This document shows, piece after piece, positions 1-13,300 of a DNA stretch of 64,000 nucleotides. The stretch is from Saccostrea echinata. Taxonomy: Eukaryota. The translations under genes and the position numbers were made by a program. The DNA lies in the NCBI RefSeq assembly GCF_033153115.1, contig NW_026889765.1:1054001-1118000 (forward strand). The letters run 5' to 3'. The notes beneath the pieces were generated by a model. The model had not been told where the DNA came from and did not search any database. It saw nothing but the letters and a program-made list of their open reading frames with translations. Position 1 is the stretch's first letter, and each line of letters starts with the position of its first letter.

Positions 1-1202
1 AAAAAAAAAGTCCAGGAGAAAAGGTCAAGTTTGACTTTTATCCACTTCATAATTGGCTATACCTCTAGCCTTAGAAAGTAAAACCAAACATTAATTTGAT
101 AAAGCTATTAAACTTTTTAACTTCTCTGGGGGCTTGCCAAAAATGCTGATCAGGAATTTTAATGCCCAAATTATAATTTTCACAGGTCCTGTTATAAAAT
201 CCCCAGTACTTAACAGTATGTCTATCAAAACAAAACTGGCTAAAGTTACTGAAGTTTCACTGGTATATATGGCTTATCAATTGCAAAATGTTTTCATTAG
301 AACATAATATTCTACACTCAGTGAAAGAATGGGCAATGTGACAAAGAAAAATTTTTTGGAGCTTTCATCTTCAAAGTTACAAGAAATTTCTGATAAACCT
401 TTAATTCCAAACAAGCAAGAAAACCACATTAAAGTACATTTTGATGTACTTCCTTTAAATCGACATGATCACATGTGCTTTCATTCCCAATAATCAATCA
501 AGTGAAAGTGTCAGAAAATCAATACCATGCCTAGCTAGGACAGACATAATGTGGCCATTATACAATTTACAAGTCAAATGTAAAGGTATGATGCTGAATT
601 ATACATGTTAAATAATTTCTGGTTCATTTCATATATGTCTCTGATGCCACATATTTTTATGGACACACAAGATGTTAGATTTATATACATGAAAATGAAA
701 ACTGTTTCTCTAAGGTGCAGCAACACCTTTAATATTAATATGATTAAAAATTCATAAATTCAGGTTAAAAAAAAACTCTTTCTGGTTTTGAACAGAATAA
801 AGAATTAAAGAGATTTTCATCAACATTCGTACTGAGGGAAAGATCTGAATAGAATAATTTTCACATAAATAAACAAGCATTGAGTATTTAATGATTTTTA
901 CAGAAACCTTCCCTTGTAATCAAAAGTTTGTCTTTCTTTCCTTCAAATCCTACATATGTTTGGAAGTAGTATATATATATGAGTCATAAAGAGTTCTATT
1001 GAGAATATTCAAATGTCCAAGATAATACTGTCTACTTCCAATGGGTGTGGAAGGTTCAACCTATACCTAAATTCCTTTTAAAATTTTAAGATCAATTGCC
1101 ATACAAGCAAGGGTAAAATTACCCAGAGAGTGCATGAATTTGAAAAAAAAATATCAACTGAACATGCAAGCATGTTTTAAATACAATGTACTTTTAGTTT
1201 AC

Positions 1203-1863
1203 CTCTTTGCTTTGGTCCTCTTCATCAGTTTTTTCTTGAACAGTAATATAACGAAATGGTGATTTTCCATCCAATGTAAAAGTCTTTCCAAGGGGTGCGG
1301 ATCCAGGAGTTGACCTTCCTAAAGAGACAGATCCAGGAGTTGACTTTCCCAGGGGTGTGGATCCAGGGTGTGGAGATGGGGTGGCAGAAGCCAGGTATTT
1401 TTCAATCTCTAAATCCTCGGCCGTTCGAAGGGCTAAGGGACGACTAGAAGTGCGATTAGAAATCTCCGAAAACGGAGTTCCCCTAAGACTAATTGATTCA
1501 GTAATAGATAATACTTCATCCTCTGAAATTATTCCCTCACTTAATGCCTTTTCAGCTTTTTTGAGTTTTTGTAAATTCCCAAATGCAAATTTTTTGGACT
1601 CGTTGAGTATCTTTCGCAGTTCTGCATCATAGCCCTCTTTGACCTCTGAGAACTCTTTTTCCTTGCGTGTTTGGTCCTCGCATTTTTTCTTGAAATCGGC
1701 TTCAATTTTCTTTTTCTCCTCCCTTAGCTTTTCAATCTCCTTGGACATCTTTTCTGCATTTTGTTCATACTGTTTTTTCTCTGACTCCACCACTGACTGA
1801 AGGGCCTTAGATTTCTCCTCTTCAAATTTTTCCCTGAGATTTTTGACCTCCTCTTCTTTGTAT
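1203..1863 (-). CDS. Second coding exon of the same coiled-coil protein; the gene probably continues past the window start
   Basis: Acceptor ttgtatag ends at 1864 and joins in frame (…VLK|YKEEEVKNLREKF…). E/K-rich coiled coil followed by an S/T/P-rich linker. Donor GTAAAC at 1202 (phase 0). Confidence 0.75.
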
Positions 1864-2119
1864 CTATACAATTGTCATTAAAAAAAAATTTAAAAATCAC
1901 TTTTTTAATTTTAGTCTGTACCTGTCTAGTTCTTCCTGTATGTGGATAAGATTTTTAAACTTTAAATAAGTTCCTATGAATGAAAATCAAAACGTACAAA
2001 CTTTTTTGTTTCTTTAGTTTTAGAAATTATGGAGTTTTAATCTATATGTACGTAAATAAAACTACCCATGCTGTGTACCGTGTTCAATATAACATCTAAA
2101 TAATTTTGACATTACTTAC

Positions 2120-2523
2120 TTGAGCACCTCTTGTAATTCTTTGTCCTTCTTTTTGGCTATATTCTCCTGTATAATTTCTATTTCTTTCTGTTTTTCCTGA
2201 CTTAGCTTCACTTCTAATTTACTGATCTCCTTTTCCTTTTCTTTCTTATAAGTCTCCTGTAGAGACTTAATTTCGGATGATTTTTCTCGATAAATCTGTT
2301 TGGTCCGAGCTTTTTCTGCCTCCAATTCACTCTTCAGGCGTGCAATCTTGCGTTTGTAATCATCAACTGAGTGACTCCTGTGCGATTTTTCTCGTCTGCG
2401 CCCTTCAGATTTTGAACTCATGGTGCTGGTTGGAGTGGAGGCCCGGCTGATGTCATTGATATCAAAATCAAACTCCTCCTTCAAGCTAAGTCTTGAGTAA
2501 GGCCGCCTGTTGTGGACCTCCAT
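2120..2523 (-). CDS. First coding exon of a coiled-coil protein resembling the N-terminus of invertebrate RIMS-binding protein (RIMBP2/TSPOAP1-like) or JAKMIP-like proteins
   Basis: ORF MEVHNRRPYSRLS...KRKIARLKSELEAEKARTKQ...KKKDKELQEVLK. Upstream acceptor ttgttgttag ends at 2538, ATG at 2523, donor GTAAGT at 2119-2114 (phase 2). Family assignment is from recalled similarity only. Confidence 0.65.
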
Positions 2524-4514
2524 TCTTCAGGCAGCAGCTAACAACAAGTACCATATATACATGTGTACATTCATACATTTCTCAATATTTTGAAACCAAT
2601 ATATTTAATATTAATATAGATTTATTTGAAATATACTAAGAAATTATTATGCCATTTTTTATATCATAAATAAATCTGAATTATGTGAACAATTGTTTTA
2701 AAAATTGAAATGAAGATGTATTTGAATACTAAAAATGGCAAATTTCACTTTAAATTAATAAATACATATGTAACTCTTGGGTTGTTTAATAAATACAATG
2801 TAGTAAACCATTTACAATGGCCTAAATATATACAGCATACCAAATACTTTTTAAAACTGTCTCTTTAACCTAACCTGTTGTGTAAACAAATAATGTATGA
2901 GTCAGTTCCTCTCATGTGAATAAATTTTTAAAAAAAATTGTAGTATTTTTTATAACACATTCGACTATTTATACTACTCAATATCATACCCTATGTAAAT
3001 AATACTTTAAAATCTTATCCAAACACTCTTACAAATGAATTTAACAAAATTACCATTTTCCCGGATTTTCTCTATCACTCACGAGGTCTTTAGCGTACCT
3101 AACAACAAGCATTGTGGCGACTTAACTGTCGCACCGATGCAAACAAATTTTCGCATTGACAGCTCAAATACTACCCAAAATAACAATCGCACGCATTGTT
3201 TTCATACCAATCATTGTTAAATCATAGCCCATTCATAATCAACAACAATATTTACCTGTATATTTACAAAGGAATCAGTTCCGTACAAGCTCCGGCAAGC
3301 ATCGGATGGAAAATAGATTTGGAATCTCATACATCAAGAACATCTTCTTGCCACTGTCAAAAATGAGATAAAGATGAAATTCAAAATAAAATTTCTACCC
3401 ACCAATAATCTGCACTTTAAATAAAACATTTAAATGGATTTAAAAACTAACAGGATTCAACATATACCTATTCACATCGACACACACTGGATATCCGCCA
3501 AACTGCTTAAAAATTAGGTCACGTGATTGTGGTATTCTAAAACCCGGACACAATCCGGTGGTTTGCCAGCACACAGCTGATTAAAAACAAAGGCATCTCA
3601 TTAATATTTTAGAAAAGCCGAGTCATATTTCATAATGAAACTTCAAATTTTTATCAAGTGAAATGCATGCAAAGGTTATTGAACCTTATATATTTTTCAT
3701 TAGATAAATTAAAAAATTGGGTAATCATGACATAAAATTAAACGTTGACAAGAGATGATTTTTAATACATTCTTCAGTTCCTTTACCTATAAGAGTAGAC
3801 TGACATGAATAAAAGGATTTTGATTTTGTTTTTTAATTGAATATTCTGTTCCTATTTTATATTATCAAACTGAATTCCTTAATTTACCATATTAATTATA
3901 TTGATCAGTGAGTTCACTAGCTGTGTTGTGATACGCAAATACATGTATAAAATAGTCCACTTTTACTCCCTCTCTTCCATGGCAGCCACAGATCTGCTCT
4001 CTGACAATGTTATGAAAAAAATAACAAACAAACAAACAAACTTGTGTAGTCAAAGAGAAGTAACTCTATCGCATAGTAGTATATCAGAGAGCCAAGACCA
4101 GTTTAAAAGTTTCGCCAATAGATTTAAAAAAATCCATAATTAATATGTAACCGTTAGTTAACACAGTTTTCCCTAACAATAAGTTTAAAAAGGTACAGGG
4201 GCAAAATAAAAAAAAATAAGTTTGTGAAAAAAATTAAATTCATAGTTTGATGTAAAGGGGAAAAACGGGGGGGGGGGGGGGGGGGGGTCGCAACAGTTTT
4301 TGTTGACTGGTGTTGATTATTACATTTGTACATAAAAAGTGCAAAGTCAACATACTAGTACTTGCAAATCAATATTCGTTATATTTAATTTTGAGGGATT
4401 GGGGGAAATCTTAAATTAATGAAGACCAATGTTGAATTTAGCTTTTTGTCAGACATGGAACTTTTGATCCCTCCCCCTCCCCCCGGACTCGATTTGGAGA
4501 AATTATGTAGCTAA

Positions 4515-5151
4515 AGCCCCAACCACATGCATACGCCTATATTTACACACGGTGAACACATTTTACATATATGCAAATATTACATCTGGGTGTGTTTTTG
4601 CGCATGTGAACGGGGGGGGGGCAAGATTTGAACGTTAGTATTTTTACTCCTAGTGCAAAATTTATTTAGTCAGACTAGGTTCAAATTATCTTTTAATGAG
4701 TAAATTTACTCCTGGTGTATTTTCAGTCATGTGAACGCGTAGCAAAATTTACACAAGGATAGAAATATTGAAATTGTCTTTAAATAAAATATACTGTAGC
4801 ATCATCGATTTCATTAAAAAATGCATCTTTTTATATGAGAAAGAACGATGACCAACTGTTGTATTGTTAAGTGCAATTATTATTTTAAGTCAACATTTAA
4901 ACAATTAAGAAATGACAATGTTCTTCTTAGTGTATGAAAGGAACATTGAGTTGAAGAGCAACGAGAAAGCCCAAACAAGTATTTACAAAATACATCGAAA
5001 TTGCAAACTTCATACTGATTTACGTACAGTTTGAAAGTGCATGTGAACGCATCGCAAAAATCGAATAAATTTTATATGAAGATTGCATTTACACATTTGC
5101 ATGCACGTAAAATTTACACCTGTAAGTAAATGAGCGCATGTTAACGGGGCT
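4515..5151. mobile_element. PIF/Harbinger-like MITE
   Basis: Imperfect terminal inverted repeats AGCCCCAACCACATGC…GCATGTTAACGGGGCT, flanked by TAA/TTA. Internal repeats of CATGTGAACG and AAATTTACAC. Confidence 0.5.
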
Positions 5152-5943
5152 TTACCTCATACAAAGTTAATGAACCTTTAAATCAAGGGCTTACGTCTAT
5201 ACGGTATTAAATCGTGTCTTTGCTTCGGGGTCTGGGGTTAAATTTAAGAAGACTGGCATATGCAACATTACGGTTATGCATATTTCAATCAAATTAAAAC
5301 TTATTACTGGTTCAAACATTGATCAGCTGGTTTCAATTTTACTGTTTCAGGGAGCTACATATGCAACAATTTCATATAAATTATGTAGTTTATAACATTC
5401 CATGTTGTATTAGAAAATGCTTTTTAATGTAAAAAAAAAAAAAAAAATAAGGAAAAAATCATTACACTCAATTTGTTCAGACCGATTTTTATTTATCTTT
5501 TTCAATATAACTCTTCTAAAATTCAGATTATTAACAGGAAATAAACTAGTTAATTTGAACGAAGTATATATGCATATGCATCGAATAAAAGCTTTCCTTC
5601 GTTTCTTAGCAGAAAGTTTCCCCATCAATGACTACTGTGCAGTAAGTAAAATTAACATTTCTAAAGAAAAGTCATGGAGTAAAAATAAAAATTTATTCTT
5701 TGAACACAAAAGACAACAGAGAAATCCAAATGCAACAGTCACTTAATGTACATGATATCTAAGGAAGTCGTTATACATAAAAAGGCCTAATACAGTAAAG
5801 TCGAGACACGTTAACTTTGCTTGTGTAATGTGGTACAATGACCTCAATACAAGAATGAAATAATCAATGAATCAGACATGACGAACCACAAACAAACAAT
5901 TTATTAATTCAAATACAGACTGTCAAAACATATCCATTAAATT

Positions 5944-6401
5944 TCACTTGTTCTTGGGATGGTTTGCAACTTGAATTTCTTGAATGTATTTATCATACAG
6001 CCTTTCACCCCCGCCTGGCATATTATAATGTTCTGCATAGTCAATTTTACAATCGCAGGGCTCTGGTACATTGCTCTGCATTGAAGAGTGCAGATTCACT
6101 GAACCATGACAGTTCATTGTATCAGCAATTTCTTTCTCTTCTACATCTGTTGAAATGTTTGTTTGGACGTTGGTTCAGATATTTCCAAATAATCGTCATG
6201 TCCTCCTTGAATGCCTTGTGTACTTGGACCGTGAATTGAAAAATCCACTGTTTCTGCTAAGGTCAATGATCCGTCTGAAGGCGAAGATGATGAACTGCAT
6301 AATGTCCTGCTGCAGCGTCCGTTTTGAAATGCCGATACATAACACGTGGCATTGCTTGTTCTAAGACCTCTAAAAAATCCTCTGATAGTCAACTGGGCCA
6401 T
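5944..6401 (-). pseudogene. Compact intronless gene for a ~152-aa putative mitochondrial-targeted protein, split by a 1-nt frameshift (pseudogene, null allele or assembly indel)
   Basis: Frame 1 (6401-6141) reads MAQLTIRGFFRGLRTSNATC…RTLCSSSSS…. An overlapping frame is open from ~6175 to TGA at 5946-5944 (…STDVEEKEIADTMNCHGSV…HPKNK*). AATAAA at 5905-5900. CpG-rich upstream region. Confidence 0.55.
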
Positions 6402-6484
6402 TTTTGTCCCCTGCTAGTCCTATGCACAATCAACAAATATGGTTTACACAACAGTGGAAAGACCTCTAATGTTGGTAAACATAC

Positions 6485-6570
6485 TTTCACGTGATGAATT
6501 CATGCGTATCGAGGTCTTCCCTACGTCATAACTCGGTCGCGGGCGGATCACAAGCAGGCGCGCCAGGACC
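6485..6570. promoter_or_regulatory. CpG-rich putative promoter of the 5944-6401 gene
   Basis: TCACGTGA E-box, TACGTCA CRE-like site, GGGCGG GC-box and GCGCGC clustered within ~90 bp of otherwise AT-rich DNA, just upstream of the ATG. Confidence 0.4.
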
Positions 6571-7027
6571 CCAGTATACCGATTAGTTCATGTCTATAGA
6601 TTTGCGCTAAATTGGCTTAAGAAATAGAAAATGTAAACATTTTTCAAAATTCGCCGAATTTCAAGTAAATAAGTTTTTTAAGAAGGGTTTACTTTTAAAT
6701 TGTTCAAACTGCGTTAAAACCACATGCTTTAAGTTTTCAAAGTTGTCTTTTCTTTCTTTATTCTTTCTTTCTTTTTCCTTTTTTTTTAAATAAAAAAAAA
6801 TAACCGTTTTTGTGATATTTGACTCGAAGAACGTAATTATAAATATGAAACTGAAAGGTGAAAATCTCTCAGCTGGTTTTCTTAATTTAATAAGTTTTTT
6901 AATGCACATTTAAAAAAAAAAAATTATTATTCTTACTATTACTCAGTTTTGATATAAAACAGGAAAACGGCCCTATATGACTATAGAAACAAGAAATTGA
7001 TAATTTATAAAGCAAGATTTCATTTAA

Positions 7028-7960
7028 CGTGGTTGGATCCTGATATTTAAAGTCTTAAACATTTTTTGTCAAGTATATTTTTAGTTTCTACACACATAGC
7101 TTAATTAAAAATCAAAACAAAAAATGGGGGGTCAATATGCTTCTTTTGGCGCTACAGTACATTTGATATGACCTTTTTGCACTGAAATTTGTGTCTTGAT
7201 CCAAAATAAATCTTCGACGTTTTCCCTCCAATGTTTTTATCCAAATAAATCAAGGGACAAAATAAACTATTATTCTATTTAAAAAAAAAAAAAGGACACT
7301 TTAAAATTGTGACTAAGAAAAAAAGTTTCAAATTGCTTTGCATAATCAATTATTTGACCTTTCTGCACTCAAAAATGTTATTTTTCTGGCATTAAAGATT
7401 TTTAACAAGCAAGAAAATTATTTTAAAGTCTTAAACTTTTGCTGAATTTAGTTATCTTATATACTCAGAAAAGAAAAACAAAAGTGGGGGTCTATGATGT
7501 AAATTTTTAGATATTACTAAAAAAAAGTGTTAATTTTATGTTAAAATTGGCTAAAATTTTTCTTGAACATTCAGAATATATTTACTTTATTTGTCACAAT
7601 ATCATGAAAGCATTCATAAGAAATAATTCAATAAATATTTCAGAACCAGCATAAAACATTTCACTGCAAAAAACAGCTCTGTGTGCAACCAGCATGGAAA
7701 AGTAGGAATCTAAACTTAACAGCACTGTATATATTTCAAAAGGGAAAAAATCATCATTTTCTCCTAAAAAACCTTCAGCCACAAAACATAGTTCCTGGCT
7801 TTATCCTATTTGAATGGAATTTAATTGCGGTTTTTTCATTGGATATAGTTTAATTTGCATCGTAGAATCCAGTTTTAATGTTTGAACTTAAAAATGATGC
7901 AAAATTTTATAAATAAAGGCCCAGACCAAAATCTGCTCAAAAGCTCAGGATCGAACCTCC
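7028..7960. mobile_element. Kolobok-like non-autonomous DNA transposon
   Basis: Degenerate TIRs CGTGGTTGGATCCTGA…TCAGGATCGAACCTCC, flanked by TTAA/TCAA. Confidence 0.4.
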
Positions 7961-8887
7961 TCAATTGTGACCAATGACCTACACAGCAAAATTCATACTT
8001 TAGTGTAATCTTAAATAACTTCTTTACACAGTTAATAACAGAGATGAAATTTTAACAACAAACATTCAAAATTAAGATTGTCCTACTCAAAAATCACAGT
8101 AGTTGATATTATGTTTGGCTGTTTTATTTTCTACGATGTGTATAGTTTGAAAAATATGAAATTTTTCGGAAAGTGCGGTAGTGGTCTTCTTTCATTAAAA
8201 AAAAAAAATCCTGTCTGTCTTTCTGTCATCTATAACTAATACCTTTATTAAATTTTAATTAACATTTTCGACTTCTCAGGAACCACTGGATCAACTTCGA
8301 ATTAATTTGGCACAAAGCTTCCTTGGATAATGTAGGTGCATGTGCCTTAATAGCCCGAAAAAGCAGAAAATTTCTGTTAATACAACACTCGACCAAATGG
8401 TCCTGATGTTCAAAAATCTGGTAGAAATATCCTTGCTCATTAAAACTTTTATTCTGCTTGCCTTCGATATGCCAAGGAACAGAGAAGATTTTCAAAGAAA
8501 TAATGCATTTTCACTATAGATTCAGCACAAATCAGACATGTAAAAGTCTTGAAACGCCAAGACTCAACTGTGACATAATAAGTCATTCAAAGGAGATTAT
8601 TTGAAATATCTCATGCTCATTGTAGAACAAATTCTTTTAATTTGTGCACATATATACTTTAATTGTTTGGTGCAAGGCAAAATTTCGAAAATTAGGTCAG
8701 ACAGAGAGAGAGAAAGAGAGAGAGAGAATTCAATACATCTCAACGATTCACAAAAGATAAAATCTTCTATATTATTTTATTTTTGACTAGTTTAAAGATC
8801 TTACAGTTTATTTATTATTGAAAAACATTTCTCACCAAGTGTATCGTAAATCGTATAAAAAAATTATTTTGTTTTCCTTTTCTGACA

Positions 8888-10321
8888 TACGAAAGCCTAT
8901 TAGGATCAAACTACGGTAAAAAAAAAAATTAAAAGGCGTTATAACGCCTTTTCAAAAGGCGTTATAACGCGAAAAAAGGCGTAATAATGCCTTTTGAAAA
9001 GGCGTTATAACGCGGAAAAAGGCGTAATAACGCAAATAAAGGCGTAATTACGCCTTTCCAAAAGGCGTTATTACGCGAAAAAAGGCGTTATTACGCCTTT
9101 CCAAAAGATGTTATTACGCCTTTCCAAAAGGCGTTATAACGCCTATCCAAAAGGCGTTATTACGCCTTTCCAAAAGGCGTTATAACGCCTTTCTAAAAGG
9201 CGTTATAACGCCTTTTTGGAAAGGCGTTATTACGCCTTTGCAAAAGGCGTTATTACGCCTTTCCAAAAGGCGTTATTACGCCTTTTAAAAAGGCGTTATT
9301 ACGCCTTTTAAAAAGGCGTTATTACGCCTTTCCAAAAGGCGTTATTACGCCTTTCCAAAAATTTATAATATAATTTATAATATTAAATCTATAATCTAAA
9401 TATTGCATAAATAAAGATGGCTTTGGTTCAATCTTTCATATATTTACTATTTTAAAATAACGCCTTTCCATTTTTGGATACAACTCCTTTTCAAACAGGC
9501 CGGTAGTACGAATGTGAGTGGGGGGGGGAGGGGGGGTCCCCCACCCCACTTTTTGGTAGAATAGTCTTGCTATAGTTTAAATATAAAAAATCATTAATTG
9601 ATTGCTTGGTCCCTTAACATTTTGTTGCAGTATGGTTAAACTCGGGCAAGTCATTGCATTTAAAAAAAGTTTTACCGAAAAATTAAAAAAAGTTTCCCCT
9701 CAAGTTTAGGCAGTTTATTTTTTTCGGGGGGGGGGGGTTCTTGTTTTTTTGTTTGCTTGTCAATTTTATGGGACCCCCCCCCCCTACTTTAAAAGCACGG
9801 GCCTGTCAAAAACATAATAATGGCCCTTCAAAAGGCATAATGACGCCTTTTTGAAAGGCGTATTAATGCCTTTTAAAAAGGCGTAATGATGCCTTTTGGA
9901 AAGGCGTAATAACGCCTTTTGGAAAGGCGTAATAACGCCTTTTGGAAAGGCGTAATAACGCCTTTTTAAAAGGCGTAATAACGCCTTTTGGAAAGGCGTT
10001 ATAACGCCTTTTAGAAAGGCGTAAACACGCCTTTTGGAAAGGCGTAATAACGCCTTTTAGAAAGGCGTAATAACGCCTTTTGGAAAGGCGTAATAACGCC
10101 TTTTAGAAAGGCGTTATAACGCCTTTTAGAAAGGCGTAATAACGCCTTTTGGAAAGGCGTAATAACGCCTTTTTTCGCGTTATAACGCCTTTTGGAAAGG
10201 CGTAATTACGCCTTTATTTGCGTTATTACGCCTTTTTCCGCATTATAACGCCTTTTCAAAAGGCGTTATTACGCCTTTTAAAATTTTTTTTACCGTATTT
10301 TGATCCTAATAGGCTTTCGTA
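8888..10321. mobile_element. Foldback-type non-autonomous DNA transposon whose arms are ~21-bp palindromic minisatellites
   Basis: TIR TACGAAAGCCTATTAGGATCAAA.TACGGTAAAAAA is mirrored at ~10285-10321. CTGACA lies directly on both sides (candidate 6-bp TSD; a TA TSD is the alternative). Arms of (AAAAGGCGTTATTACGCCTTTCC)n at ~8930-9360 and inverted at ~9830-10280. Confidence 0.8.
9497..9805. mobile_element. Small poly-G/poly-C MITE nested in the centre of the foldback element
   Basis: Ends CAGGCCGGTAG…GCACGGGCCTG with internal G and C runs; TCAAA on both flanks. Confidence 0.45.
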
Positions 10322-13300
10322 CTGACAATATACTATTTGTAAATACTGAAATGCATAAACAGTAAATCTCTGACATAATTGATTAATTTTTTCACGAAAA
10401 AGGTAAAGTACCTTATCTCTTCTGGTTATGAAGGGTTTAATATAAGGTAACTTTTTATAGTCTTTGAACTGCATTTGTTTTGCAAGATGATCTGTCTCCA
10501 TCTCGATCGTCATTGAGCCTTTGTATTAATATTAGCGCCATTCCAATGATCGTTGTACTTACGTCGTTCAAAGGGAGATCATTTGAGTACATCCAGAGTT
10601 ACCTTACGCAAATTTCACAAAAATACAGCTAAGCATTTGAAAGGAAAGTATAAATTCGAGATATCTAGAGGGAGGTGGTGGGATAATACATTTGAAGGCT
10701 ATTAACAGAAATTTTCTTACCCAAACAAAATACATAACATGTCATCATAATTGAAAAATTCAATTTATCATATCAGTATACTGTTGCATGATAAAAGCAA
10801 GGACTATTCATCTTCATCTAATGTACAGCTAAAACAAAGTTTTAAGCTGATCATATCAAAATCCGTCTAATGTCAGATACCCACTGCGACGAAGACAAGA
10901 TATAGCGACACAAATAAAGTTCTTACAATTTCAAAGAGGCATTGATACTGGAAATGGAATAGCATCATCGTAATGTACAAAACTGAATAATATATAAGTT
11001 AAATCATCTATTCTGGCTCCAATCATGATTCTTTCCTACCTATCCTATAATCAAGATGGGAATAAATGAAAAAAATATCCTTGATTTTTGTGCCAGTTAG
11101 TTTCATCGTGTTGTTGAATATTTTCTTCTGTATGCCCTTATCAGACTTCCGTCCAGTGTGTATGTTTCACTAAGAAGAACGAATGACAAGGTCAAACAAG
11201 AATTAATTATATATTTTCAACTACGTATTTGATTTTTCGTAACTCCCAATGAATGTCACTGTGACATATTCATACCTGGAGAGGAAGTAAAATAGTAAGG
11301 TCAACTAACTGAAAAGATTATTAAATGATGTTTATCCTATTTCATAACAATTGCAATAATAAGAGCATGTCACATAATTTAGTTGTTGAATATGACACGT
11401 CTGTAGGACCCTATCAAACTTCCGTCCAGTGCTCCAATATCACTGTGACAAATGGATGACAGGGTCTTACAGTCAGCTTCTTAAATGGTTTACAACCGAA
11501 TAGTTCAAGCTTTTTTGCATCATTATCTAATATACAGCTGAACCTCTGTTGTTGGTCGTTCTAATTTTGAATGGCCCTATCAAACTTCCGTCCAGTGTCA
11601 AATATCCACTGTGACGAAGACAAGATAGATCGACACAAAAAGGTCATGAACTCTGATGCAAAAAAAATACTTGAATATTTGTCTTGCATTCGACAATATG
11701 GCGTTGCTGTTGAATATTTCAACTGTATGCCCTTATCAGACTTCCGTCCAGTGTATCCGTTTCACTGTGACGAACGAATGACAAGGATAAACAATCAATT
11801 TGGTTATACATATATTTTTATTATTATTTTACTGTATTCCTATGTCCCCGTGAATGTCTGAATGTCATTGTTACGTACAAGCGAATAATTGGTGGAGAGG
11901 GGAAATGGTATCTAAGAGTAAACTAACTGAAATTGAACATAAATGCTTTTTTTTTTACCCAAACCGTATAACTTTTATGTCATCATCATTTAGAAGTTGA
12001 CTATTTCATGTCCGTATGATCCTATGAAACTTCCGTCCAGTGCTCCAATATCACTGTGACAAAATGATGACGGAGTTTTTCAGATGCTCATATAGTTTGT
12101 TGTTGTGTGATACAAGTTTTGGGTATTCATTTCATCTAATGCATTGCTAAAACTCGATTTGTTGATCACAATATTTTACATAACCCTATCAAACTTCCGT
12201 CCAGTGTCAGATTCCCACTGTGATGAAGACAAGATAGAGTGACACAAATAAACGTTTGTGAATTTAAAAGGTACAATGTACATTGATGTTGAGATGGGAT
12301 GGCATATTGCAATGTGCATGTGAGAAAAAGAATACTAGTAAATCCATCTATTTTGCTTCCAATCCTAATTGGGATTTTTAATCTATCCTGCAATCAAATC
12401 GAAAATACCCTCATTAAATTTTCATTATACTAGCCAGTATCACCGTTTGTTGAATATTATCTTCTGTATGCCCTTATCAGACTTCCGTCCAGTGTGTCAG
12501 TTTCACTGTGACGAACGAATGACAAGGTCAAACAACTGAAGACTTATTTTATATTTTCAACTATTTGATCACATATGATAAAGATGTTGAATACTAGTTT
12601 TTCATGTCCGTATGACCCTATCAAACTTCCGTCTAAGGCTCCATTATCACTGTGACAAATAATTGACGGGGTCTAACAGTCAGTTGTCATGTGGTTCTCA
12701 GCTGAAATATAAAAACTTTTCGTATTAATCTTCATCAAATACACAAGTAAAACTCTGTAGTTGGTCATTCTCATTTTGCATGGCCCTATCAAGCTTCCGT
12801 CCAGTGTCAAATATCCACTGTGACGAAGTCAAGATATAGAGCTACACAGAATGTTCGTAAACTCTTATGTGAAGAACTATCCTTGAATATTTCTATTGTT
12901 TTCGACGATACTACCGTGCTGTTGATTATTTTCTACTGTATGCCCTTATCAGACTTCCGTCCAGTGTATCAGTTTCACTGTGACGAACGAATGACAAGGA
13001 CAAACAAGAATCAATTTGGTTATATTTTTTATTAATTGCTTACTCAAGTTTCTGTATACCTATGTCCCTATGAATGTCTGAATGTCACTTTAACAAATGA
13101 ATAATTGGTGAAGATGGGAAATGGTAGAGTAAACTAACTGACATTGAACATAAACGATTCCTTAACCAAATGTCATCATCATTTAGAAGTTGAATATTTC
13201 ATGTCCGCATGACCCTATCAAACTTCCGTCCAGTGCTCCAATATCACTGTGACAAATGGATGACAGAGTCATATAGTATGCTGTTGTATGATAAAAGCAA

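Noticed and set aside
6141-6143. Stop-codon readthrough of the 86-aa ORF
   Set aside because: The same frame hits TGA eight codons later. The plausible continuation is in a different frame, so this is a frameshift rather than readthrough.
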